Positions 46,174-57,741 of a stretch of 64,000 nt of DNA are shown here, one piece after another. The notes beneath the pieces are model-generated. The model was not told where the DNA came from, made no database searches, and worked only from the letters and a program-made list of their open reading frames with translations. The translations under genes and the position numbers were made by a program. Positions within the stretch are counted from its first letter, which is position 1, and every line of letters starts with the position of its first letter. The stretch comes from Azolla caroliniana. Taxonomy: Eukaryota > Plantae > Polypodiophyta. The stretch covers positions 8,990,001 through 9,054,000 of the forward strand of contig JBHGNT010000003.1 in the NCBI GenBank assembly GCA_043228905.1. The letters are read 5' to 3'.

Positions 46174-49100
46174 TTATTCTTCTTCCAATATGTCGAGGAT
46201 ATCCTCGGGGGCGTGGGGTTGGGCTGGCTGCTCAGTAGGTGGGGTTGGTGATGGCGGTTGTGTTGCCGAGTTGGGGATGGCGGTGTCGTCGTGTGTGCCC
46301 TCCTCTGTTGGGACCGATTCAGGTAGGCTCAGGGTTATATTCTGTGTCTCCGGTGGGATATGGACGTCTATAGGGGCAGGTTCCTCTGGTCTAACTTCCG
46401 TAGTGAGTGGCTCGGTTGGGATGTGGAGGTCAGTAGGGGCAGGTTCTTCCGGTCGAGCTGCCGTGGGGAGTGACTCGGTTCCTTTCTCGGTGGTTGTGGG
46501 AGCTCTGTGACTCCCGGTAGCGAGTCGTTCCTCCTCGTACGCTTCGGCTTCTAAACGAAACACCATTAGATCGTCGTTGAATTCCTCCAAGAGTTGCTCG
46601 ATGGCCGTGGTGTGGGATGTTGCCAAGGTATGATATTCTTCCGTTAAGTCTTCACGGAGGGTCTGGATGCTGGTGTCATCCATCTTGTAAAACCCTCGGC
46701 CCTCCTTCCGTCGGTTCTCAGCATCCGCACGTAGTATGTGTAGGTCCGCGGCTTGGGCTGACCACCCTGCCAGACATGGTCAAGCGTTTCTTTGATCTTC
46801 GTGGTGAATTGTTGGCGATACTTTTGGATTAGGGTCTTGATTTTCATATCGTCCATGCCGATGCTCGCGCGGTGAACTTCCAGTGCCTCCCTTGCGGCCT
46901 TGGCTTCTGCTTGGTTTTTGCAGGCAAAGAGTGCTAAAGTAGCTTGATTATCTTTTGCTTTGTCAGTGATGAGCGCGATGGTTTGCTCATAACGGTTGGT
47001 AAGTTGAGCTACAGTTTCGTCCCTTTCCCGTCGCCAAGCGTCCCGATGTTGTTCTTTGACGGCGATGTGCTCGGTTTGCAACTGGTGATATGCATCGGAA
47101 ATTTGTGCTCGTTGCTCCTTTGAGATCCTCCACTTTTGCATATGTTCATTGGCCATGTCTTGGAAGGCTCTTTGATGACGTCGTAATTCTTGGTTGTCTA
47201 CGAAGAGCTCTTGTTCCCGTTGACTATTCCGCTTGGTTTCTTTGATGAAATGTTCTTTAGCCTCAGTGATAGAGACTTGGAGATTCATCACCTCTCGTTC
47301 TCGTGCTTCAAGTAGTCGCTTGAGGTTCGCTTCGCGGCTCGCGGCTTGTTCCCGTAGCTGCCCAAGAATGTTGTTGTGGTTCCGTTCTGCCAACTTGGCC
47401 AAAGCGATCTGGGCCTGAAGCTCCTCCTAGTAATCCCTAAGGGGAGGCCCTGTCTGGGTTGCCGCTTGCTGGATTTGGGCCGAGGACTCCCTGTATGTCT
47501 ATGTCGCTCGTTCCATGACGATCGGAGGTGGTGGCGTTTGCATCGAGGCTTGGCTGGTTGCCGCTTGCTAGATTTGGGCCGAGGACTCCCTGTCTGTCTG
47601 TGTCGCTCATTCCATGACGACCGGAGGTGGTGGCATTTGCGTCGAGGCTTGGCTGGTTTGGGGGTGCGGGCTGATATCTGCCTGTGACGATGGCTCGCTT
47701 GTCTGTACCGAGTCCATCAATGTGCTGGCCTCGGCCGTGGCTACCTTGGGGTGGGTGGTGTCGTCTTTGTGTGCGACGGTACCTTCAGCACTCGGGCTCG
47801 GGTTTGGAAGAGTGGCTGGTGAGACAGCGTCACTCGGCGCAGGGAGGATTAAGGGGGGTTGTTGCTACGTGAATATCGCCAGTTTCTCCTCAGCGGCTTG
47901 CCATAGGTCGGTAGCCCGTTTGGCTTGTTGATGCGCCGTTTTCATCTGTCGGGCCATGTCCTTGGCTTCCTGAGTAGTGTGGTGTAGATTGCGATATGCC
48001 TCGACTAAGGCCATATTCAGATCCAGTAGATCCATGAGGAGCAAAGCATTTTGTACTTGCTTCTTCCGTCCTATCTTCTGTAAGGCTCAATCCTTGTGAG
48101 GTTCGATTTCACCCATTAGAGCGCGCTGGATCATCTTCGTTTCGGTGTGCTCCTCATCCATACGAGCAACAACAGCTACTTGGGCGCGCACGAGGAAATC
48201 CATTAACTCGTAAGTTGTGCCCAGTCAAAGTAGTGCACTGAACTTGTATGCCTCCGTGGGGATATCTTTGTACCCGAGGACTTCCTCCTCTGATATTTGC
48301 GTGGTTTGGCCATGCTCGATCCTACCGACTTGGAGCCATGACTTCGGTGGTACTATATCCGTGGAGGGGGGGCTAGCCTCTTTTGATTTCTGAAGCTGGT
48401 CACCTTCGGTTTCTGTGGTAGCCTCTCGAATGATGCGGCGTCTTTTTGGCGCCTGATCCTGTGTGTCCAGGGCCGGTGGTGTTGGCTCCTCGACCTGTTT
48501 CCTCTTTTGCTGTTGGATGGTCGAGGGTTGCTGGCTTGTGGAGAGGTCATTGATGTCCTTGGTGGCCTCTGGCGTATGGTGACATTCTCGGGGATGGCCT
48601 TCTCGGCCTCATCCCATTCAACACGGGTTGCTGTTACCGCCCGTTGTCTTTGCGTTTTTGGTGGGGGTGGGGCCGAGGCGGAAGCGGGGTTCCGAACGCC
48701 TGAGGGAGGTGGAGAAGACGAGGAGTCTTCCCATTCTTCCTGAGTTATCTCCAAAATCTGCCTGCATTGTTTCCTTGGTGGTGGTGGGGAGGTCAGGATG
48801 CGACGAGGGGAAACCGAAGGAGGTGGGTAGAGGACTGTAAGGAAGTGATTGATCACATGCAACAATCGCTTACCGGTTTGGAAGGATTCGAGCGCCGCAC
48901 AGATTCCTTCGCCTGTGATGATTCCCGAGTCAATTTTGTTTCCCTTGTAGGCACTGATAATGATCGCCACTTTGCTCTGTGGCATACTTGTAGGGTTGGT
49001 ATGCACAAACGCGTACTCCATCAGGATGTCAGAGAGTTCTCCAAATGCCTTGTTGGATCCAGATATGGAATATGCACCAAATGATTCCTTCAGTGTCGTG

Positions 49101-49306
49101 GAAGGGGGAATCTTGACTTCATGATCACCTCCTCGCTTCAAGTCCAAGGCAGCACGAATCATATTGTTGGTGACTGTCTCCGGGTGAATTCGGCATGCCA
49201 CCGCTTGGGCATCAGGGTGTGCAGGGGCATCGATCACCTTTAAATAACCACCCAATCCTCGTTCCTAAAGCCAGGAGCGGGTTTCCTGTGAAGCTGCAAG
49301 AGGCAT
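46174..49306 (-). pseudogene. Gypsy-A extra sense ORF downstream of pol (~1000 codons, broken), Pro-rich then coiled-coil then acidic tail
   Basis: ATG 49306, TAG 49265, ORF pieces 48353-49255, 46644-47402 and 46174-46683; in-frame 99-bp duplication at 47457-47654. Confidence 0.7.
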
Positions 49307-49836
49307 ACTGGACTCGGGGTTCTGTTGTGTGGAAGAGTGGGGAAGGAGGATTCGATCGGGCCGAGACAGAGTGAGGGAAGGAGATGGTTGTGGTGCGGCA
49401 GAGGAGCTACGAGGACAAGAGAGGGCTTGTGAGCAAGAGCGGTGGGAGCAATGATCGCGTTGAGAGCGAGAGGAGGCTTGAGAGCGTGGGAGCGATGAAA
49501 GCTGGGTGTGCAAGAAAATGTTTGTGTGTGGGGTGGGCTTGGGGTAACTGTTTTTTAGCGAATGCCTAGGGTTTTGTGCATGAAGAGGAGCCTGGAGATT
49601 CTTGGGCGTGGATGCCATAATAGGATATTATGGCCACGTGTCCTAGGGAGTTAGTGCTTAGCCTTGGATGTTGTGCATGTGCCTTTAAATACTTAAGTGA
49701 ATGTGAAAGTGACTAATGTGTGCCTCTAAACATGACGTGATTTGGGTGATGTGGTAGGTGGTGTAGGTGGAACTAACTAATTGCTAAAACTATGCCTAAT
49801 ACTACCTAATGTCTACTTTGGAATGTTGGTGGGTTC

Positions 49837-52800
49837 TTACAGAGGGGGACACATGGCCTCCTTCGTGGCATCGTCCGTGTCGTGAGACTCAGCGAAAGGG
49901 TTGGTTGGGGTATTTCCGTGGTACGGTCGCAATCGGAATCCATTCACCCAGCTTTTGACAATTTCCCCAACGAGGGTGCCGAGCTGGAACGTGCCGTTAA
50001 ACTCGTCAATAATCCAGAAGGGGCCGGTCCATCGAAATTGTAACTTTCCTGGCATAGCACCAAGTCTCGTCTGGAAAACGAGGACCGGTTTGCCGATGGT
50101 CAGTTCTTGTCCAATCCTTTCCGATGTCGGTCCACAAAAGCTTTCCGTTGTCGTTGGCGTTGTTCAAGTTGGGCCATGCTCGCTACTTGGTCCTCGCCAA
50201 GTTCGAGGAGTTGTTCCAGCGTCAATTGTTTGGATTGGGCCTCGGGGAGCCGTTCTTTAATTTGAACTCGGAGACTCGGAACTTGGAACTTGATGGGCAT
50301 AACGGCTTTGAGACCAAAAGCCATCCGAAAGGGGGTGGATTGAATGCTCGTTTTGAATGTAGTGCGATAAGCCCATAGTGTACTCTGGAGCTTGTCATCC
50401 CAATCGGTATGGTTCTCGTTGACGATCTTCTTCAGGATTGTTTGGAAAATTTTGTTAGTCGATTCTGCCAATCCGTTTGCCTGCGGGTAGTATGGTGTAC
50501 TTTTCTTATGTACCACCATGTAGTGTGTCGTAAGTTCACGTATTATATGATTTATAAAGTGCCCACCTTGGTCACTAACGAGCTCAATTGGGCATCCATA
50601 ACGGCACCAGAGATGTTCGTACACGAATTTGGCCGTGGATACTGCCGTGTTGTCTCGTAAAGCCTTTGCCTCTCACCCATTTTGTGCAGTAGTCCGTGGC
50701 CACGATGATATACTTATTACCGGTTCGGGCCGCAGCTGGTTTGAAGGGTCCCACAAAATCTAACCCCCATTTTTGAAATGGTTCCAATGGAAGAATGGGT
50801 TGGTGTGGCATTCGAGCTTGTTCCATCGGCTGTCCCAACCGTTGGCACAAGTCGCATTGTCGGCAGAACTCGTGGGCATCCTTTTTCGTTGTAGGCCACC
50901 ATAACCCACTCTGCCATACTTTCCTTGCCGTGGACTCTCCGGCGTAGTGTCCGCCGACAACTCCTAGGTGGGCCTCTTGGAGGATGGCCTTCTTCTCGAA
51001 CTGTCGAATGGCCCGACACCATATCCCGTCCGAGCCTTTGTGGTAGAGTATATTGGAAACGAGACAAAAGTTGCGGCTACGTACTGCGAGTCGTTTCCGT
51101 ACATCGAGGGCCATGTGGTCGGGAGGCAAGCCCGTACTAAGGAAATGGGTCATCTCCATGATCCATTCATCTTCTTTGTCGTCTGGTAGCGTTGTGAGGT
51201 GAAATAGGCTGACATCGGGTAAATCGTCATATGTGGGCTCGACAGGGTCTCCTGACTCGAGGCGGCTTAGGTAGTTAGCGACGGCGTGTTGGGCTTCGGG
51301 TCGATGTTGTATATGAAAATCAAACTCTTGTAATAGGAGCATCCATCGAGCCAGTCGACCTATCAGGGCTTGTTTATTGACCAGGTAAAGGAGGGCCGAG
51401 TGATCGACGTGAAATGTGAATTTTCGGCCTAAGAGGTAATGCCGAAATTTACTGATGCTATAGATCATACCGAGGGCCGTTTTTAACCCAAACATCATTA
51501 CTTCTGCCACGAAAACACCCCATTCTGTGACAAATCCTATTTTCTCCTGATCATCCGGGTGCATTCTGATTTGGTTGTAACCATTGAACCTGTCTAGAAA
51601 GCTGTAGCATTCGTGACTTGCCACCGTGTCGAGAACGCTATTCGTGAACAGAAGAGGGAATCCATTCGTGACCGTTGCAGCATTAAGCTTGCGGTAGTCG
51701 ACGCAGACTCAGATTTTCCCATTTTTCTTGGAGACAACTACGATTGGGCTTAACCATGTGACTCGTTTTACAGGTCGTATGAACCCGACACAGAGGAGCT
51801 TGTCTATTTCTTCCTTGACCTTAGCCGCATAATTGGGGTTCATCCGGTATCGTCTTTGTTGAACCGGCCGAGCGTCCGGGAGAAGATGGATCTGGTGTTG
51901 GTAGTATTGAGGGTCCAAACCCTTCATATCCGTGTAAGACTAAGTGAATACATCCTAGTAATCGGCGAGTAAGTGTATGAGGGTTGCACGTTCACGGATT
52001 GGTAAGTTATTAGCAATCTGTAGGGTGTGAGGGTTCTCGTCCGAACCGAGGTTCAGTGTTTTGTGCGTTGATGCCTTCACTCATTGGGAGATGGCGAGTT
52101 CACGTTCAAAAGCGTCCCGAGCGTGTCGTAATTCTGCGATGGTGGTGGGATCGGGCTCCTCCTGGGGAGGTGTATTCACCGTGACATCCTCATCTAGAGG
52201 TGTGCCGACGGCCGTCATGGCATCGATTTCGAAGAGAGATATGATAGTGGGATGGTCTTCTAGGAAGTCATCCGCCTCGTCATCGGCTAACCCGTCGAGC
52301 ATGTGCACCCCTTCCACGTATAATGGCGAGGTGTTGTGGGGTGTGGTTACGCGTTCTTCGGTTATGATCTGGACCTTGGTCTTTCCTCGACGAAACGAGA
52401 TCATGTTGTGTTGCTAATGTTGTTTGATATTTGCTGTGCGCAACCATGGTTTGCCCAGTAACATTGGGTAAGCCCCCTGTGCTTCGAGTCGTAATACAAC
52501 GGTCGAGATAGTGAATGTGTGGCCTCCTAGAATAAAGTCGAGGTTGCGGATTAAGCCAATGGGGCGAACCGATCGTGTGTCGGCCATCCGAAGCCAAAAG
52601 GGGCAAGGTTCCCATTGATTCAGGCCGAGTTTATGACAGGTAGCCTCGCTGATGACATTCACGCTAGAGCCGCCGTCGATTATGCACCCATGCAGGTCCC
52701 TTCCTTTAATCATAATTTTTATGGCTGGATTTTGCGCATCCATGAGGGGTGGACTTGTTCCTGGCTCAGTCAGGTGCATAGGTGGCGCAGTGGAATGGGT

Positions 52801-55800
52801 GTTGGCCGTGAGTGTAGCCAAGGTGTCCCGAAACCGTGGCATGAGTGGTAAGAGTTTATGCAAAGGCAAGGAGATCCTAGAACTGGTAAGGGCGTCCCAT
52901 AGCTGGTCATCTTCGGTTAACGTGGATGGTGCCGAGGACGGTGTTGCTCCAATGGTCGCGTCACCCATTTTTGTTTGCATCCGCACCACATTGTTTTTGT
53001 TGGCCGTATCCATCCATTCTTTGGTTGCTTGCCGGACTTCATCCTGCACTTGCAATGGGGTAACCTGGGCTTTGTTGCGTGTTGTGACGTTTTGCACGTC
53101 TGCCATAATACTATTCACGGCAGCAGCCTTTCCGCGGTCTGTTGTTGGGCATTGAGTAGCGTAGTGACCGGGTTGGTTGCACTTGAAGCAGGTAATGGCG
53201 GCCGAGTTGTTGGTGCTCGCCCGATCTGTGTGTGTGTGTGGGGGGGGTGTGGTTGATTCCCGGCCTCATGTGTTGGTGGGTTGGTCCAGGGCGCGTTCGA
53301 ACTGCGCGGTTCATTTTGCGGGGGTCCCCGACGACGGTTGTCGTTAGTCCTTCTGTTGTTGCGCGATCCCCGATGCGAGTTGCGCCGATCATTATGAGAA
53401 TTTCGCTAATCGCATCGGTCCTCCCGATCATCTTCATTCCGATCATAATCGTCGTTTGCTCGATACGGGTCATCGTGATAGTGATCACGGCGGTCATCCG
53501 ATCTCCGTCGGTTGTCGTTTCGGTAACGGTCATCGTCTCGACGGTAATCGTCGTCACGGCGCCGACTATCCGGCGATCGGGGTCGTTGGTTACCCTGGTT
53601 TCAGTAGGATTGTCGCTCGTCCTGACGAGAGTATGTATCCATGGGCTCGATCTGGCAAACCGGGGCCATCGTTGTGCGGTTGAGCATATTGTATTCACAG
53701 TGCTCGACAGTGTGAGATCGGGACTAGCAGATCAGACACTGTGGCCGGTGAGGACATTCAAGGGCTAGATGGCCCGATCCCGAGCAAACTGTGTGACAGG
53801 AACTACAGGCTCCCGATGAACAACTCTCGGCCACAACCGAGTCTAAAGTCAAACATAGAAAACGGATAATGAACGCACAACACAAAGGAGAGAAGAGTAC
53901 ACAGAATGTTTAATGTGGAAAACCCTGAGAGGGAAAAACCATGGGAGTTCACAGACTCCAAACTATCACTATATCACAATCATTACAACAGTGAGCTCAC
54001 GGAGGCAATGACCTCGTGCTCACGATCTTTGCCACAGGTGGCGGTTACAACAGAGGCAACGACCTCTTCCTCTCTCTCTCTCTCTCTCTCTGTACCCTGT
54101 TACACGCTCTCTAGTCTTGCGCCAACAGGAATGACAATAACAACACTAAGTTTGCCCTAAGTCATATTTATATTAATATGACTTTTCGGCTATTTACAAC
54201 AGGATTGTCCTCCAGTGATGCATTACGTCTCATCGGTGGCCTTGGTCGGAAGGAGGTCCGGTTTTGCTTGCCGGCCAGACAATCAGTGCACTTCTCCAAG
54301 TGCACGTTCTTCACTGGAATGAGGTTGTCTTTTGCAAGCCTCTTCATCCCCTTCTCGCTCATGTGACACAGTCTCTTGTGCCGCAGCTCACCGGCAGTGT
54401 CGGATGCCACGTTCACTTCTTCTGGGCATAACCGGGCATTCATCAGGTACAACATGTTGACCTTCTGAGCCCGAGCCACAATCAGGCTTCCTTTGCTGAA
54501 CTTCATGACACCATTCCGGATGCTACCCGTGTAGCCTTCATCATCTAGCCGACCGGCTGATATCAAGTTCAGACGAACCTCCGGAACGTGTTGGACATCC
54601 TTTAGCAGCAGCTTGCATCCGGTTGGTGTTGTCAGCCACACGTCTCCTATGCCGACAATTCGGCATGTACCTTCATTCCCCATCCAGACACAGTCGTGAT
54701 CACCGGCTGAGTAGGATGAGAAGCATTTTTGGTCCGGGGTAAGGTGGAACGACGCTCCGGAGTCGACCACCCAGGTCATCTCGTCGCCGACAATATTTAT
54801 CTCACTCTCCTCGGTGATGAGCATCAACTCTTCTTCACTTGCCACGATTGTCGTCGTTCCCTTCCGGTCCGTTCCCCTCTGGTCTTTACCGTTCCGGTCC
54901 AGTGTCTGCTTCGAATCAGTACCGTCAGTTTCCTTGTCTTTTCGGAAATGCTGACAGTTCTTCTGGAAGTGTCCGGGCTTGCCGCAATAAAAGCAAGTAG
55001 GCCTCCCCCTTGACATTGACCGTGTCCCCGACTTTTCCCAGTTCTGGGGACTAAGGTTTCTTTGTCTTCCGCGTTCTGATTCGGTAAGGAGCGCTTTGGA
55101 GTCGGAGCTCGTATCCTTATCTTTCCGACACGCCTCCTCATCTAGCAAGCTCGACTTCACTCTTGCTAGGGATAACCGCTTCCCTTCCGGCCCGGCGTTG
55201 CCCAAAGTGACAACCAACGTCTCCCAGCTATCCGGGAGGGAACTGAACAGGAGTAGCGCTAGTACCTCATCGGCGAGAGGTACTTCCAATGATGTTGCCT
55301 GGTGTATCAGCCCCTGGAAGGCATTCATGTGCTCCGCCATGTTGGAGCCATCTTGGTACCAGAGTCTTACTAGCTTCCGGAATACCGAAACCTGGTTAAC
55401 AACATTTTTGTTCTGAAACATAATGCTGATCTTCTCCCAGAGCTCATGAGCCTTGCTCTCTTCATTGAAGTTGTTGTATAGACTCATGTCGATGAAGCAC
55501 CGTATGTACGCCGTTGTCTTCATGTGCATCACCTCCCATGTCGTGGCGTCGATTTTGTCCGGTCTCTTGTCCTTGAACTTCACCGACAACCAAAGATCTT
55601 TAACCACGAGCATGTCCCTCATCTTCGACTTCCACACCGAATAGTTGGAGCCGGTGAGCTTGAACATGCCTCCAACCGATTCGTCCATTTTCTGTGTCGT
55701 TTTGCTCTGATACCACTTTGACAAGAACTACAGGCCCCCGATGAACAACGCTCGGCCACAACCGAGTCTAAAGTCAAACACAGAAAACGGATAATGAACG

Positions 55801-55991
55801 CACAACACAAAGGAGAGAAGAGTACACAGAATGTTTAACGTGGAAAACCCTGAGAGGGAAAAACCACGGGAGTTCACAGACTCCAAACTATCACTATATC
55901 ACAATCATTACAACAGTGAGCTCACGGAGGCAACGACCTCGTGCTCATGATCTTCGCCACAGGCGGTGGTTACAACAGAGGCAACGACCTC

Positions 55992-56028
<37 letters not shown>

Positions 56029-57186
56029 GTACACTGTTACGCGCGCTCTAGTCTTGCGCCAACATGAATGACAACAACAACACTAAGTTTGCCCTAAGTC
56101 ATATTTATACTAATATGACTTTTCGGCTATTTACAAATATAGCCCCGATGAACTCTCAAAAACATATGTCCCTTCATCCGGTGAGCACTCCTCACCGGGC
56201 CTACATCATCCAGCACTTGCCGGGTACTCCTCATCCGGTTCTCACCGGGTCTTCCGTAGCCGGGTAGTCCACATTCGGTTTACTCATCAGTAGTGTTCTT
56301 CTCACTTCCCATCCGGAAGGACCTGTTTCCTAACACTATGCATTGGAGGGCTTGGCGGAAGCGATTGTCCTCCTGGGGAAGGGCGCTTTGCAGTGAACTC
56401 ATAGAGCAAGTCGTGCTTTGCTGAGTCCGATTGAGGGTGAGGACGCGCGCTATGACTTGCTCGATCGTTTGGTTGGCAAAATTAGTAAGTGCGAGAGTCG
56501 TCCGTAGGCTGGACAGGAATGTGTCCGGAATGTGTTGTGCAGAGACAACGTCGGCCACTTGTCTGTAGAGATCCTGGAACCGGATTGTGAACTGTGCGAC
56601 CGTCTCGTGTGGTTCTTGTCGCATGGAAAAGAACTGTCGGAGCAATTCTCGTTTGGGCACCTCGCGATGGAACAGTTCTAGGAACTGCATGCAAACGTCA
56701 CGGAAGGTGACAAACTCCCCTGTGTCGAGGCCAGAATACCATCTCGCAGTTGGTCCATTTTTGAGGATAACGTAAACTCGGCCAGGATAACGTAAACTCG
56801 GCAATTTTTGAGGCCTCGATTTCGGCAGGCGAGAGTCGTTGTGTTGAGTGGTTGGCCTGCCAGGTGGATATGAAGGCATGGATCTGCGACTCCGCGTCGG
56901 GGCTGTCGGTGTATCGTGGGTAAGGATACGGCATGGTATTAAATTCGGGGTCTTCCGGTAAAACCGGAAAACGGTTAGGGTTAGGGTGGGTGACCTCTAG
57001 AGGGCTTGGTGGAGAGGTTGTTGTGGACTCAACTCGCGACCGAGACGTAGGTGGCGAGGATTGCAACCAGTGAGCCTCCGATATTTCTGGGAAAGACTGG
57101 TCCGTGACCGCCGAGTCGGAAGTGTCGTCGACTGGCTCAGGGCGTCGGCGAGATGGCCGAGACTGCTTGGTGCAATTGGGCGCCAT
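49837..57186 (-). pseudogene. Gypsy-A gag-pol, interrupted by Copia-5, with the RT core and most of RNase H deleted
   Basis: gag 57186-56341 and 53793-53111; protease 52414-53118; RT start 51927. Junction MMFGLKTA|LGMIYS at ~51476 removes YxDD. Integrase ([19 protein letters not shown]) runs to 49837. Confidence 0.92.
53794..56335 (-). mobile_element. Internally deleted Ty1/copia (Copia-5) nested in Gypsy-A gag
   Basis: 5' LTR 55719-56335, PBS 55704-55715, gag-PR-pre-integrase ORF from ATG 55688, fused at ~54200-54210 to a partial 3' LTR (53794-54199). TSD CTGTG/CTATG (one mismatch). Confidence 0.94.
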
Positions 57187-57239
57187 AATGGCGGCTGAAG
57201 GTTGTCTTCAACGTAGTTCAATGTGATCTCACAACTGTA

Positions 57240-57252
57240 ACCGGGCGTGCCA
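57240..57252 (-). promoter_or_regulatory. PBS, tRNA-Arg type
   Basis: TGGCACGCCCGGT 5 nt inside the 5' LTR; matches the tRNA-Arg PBS type used by Tat/Ogre-like elements (from memory). Confidence 0.8.
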
Positions 57253-57257
57253 AATTG

Positions 57258-57741
57258 TGTTAACCATTCTGTTGGAAACACCTTTGATATGCCTACAAGT
57301 TGTCGGCATCAAGGGAAGTGCAACGTGAAGACTTGTGCACGGAGGTGTCGTTAGGGGAAGGAAACGGAGAGCATACCCGGAATAGAGCTCGGGTCGTATA
57401 TGTAGTTGAGACCTTAGAAACGACGGCACAGAGATGAAAACAACAAGAGCTAATAGATATGTATTACTGCAACAGTTATCGATGATTACAAAAACACGGC
57501 CCACAACCGGTGACCTTACAAAGCTCTTATACTATGAAACGAACTTGCCTAAGCTCTCAATATCTTCCCCCTGCCGAGGTATGCAGACCTCGGTTTATAT
57601 ACTTTTTCTTCATACAGAGCCGAGCGGTCAGCTGACTGTAAGGCTCGAAACTTGGCGTTTACCTAACTCTACCTTACCTACTCGCCTTACCTACCAGCAT
57701 ATTACATTTAACTATTTTATATTTTTGGCCTATGGACAACA
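57258..57741 (-). repeat. 5' LTR of Gypsy-A
   Basis: TG...CA; PBS on its inner side; TSD outside. Confidence 0.96.

Larger units (their letters stand above)
45574..57741 (-). mobile_element. Full-length Ty3/gypsy retrotransposon (Gypsy-A), non-chromovirus type with a large 3' extra ORF
   Basis: 484-bp LTRs at 45574-46057 and 57258-57741; TSD AAGTC (45569-45573, 57742-57746); gag-PR(IIDGGSS)-RT-RH-IN order; no chromodomain seen. Confidence 0.97.
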
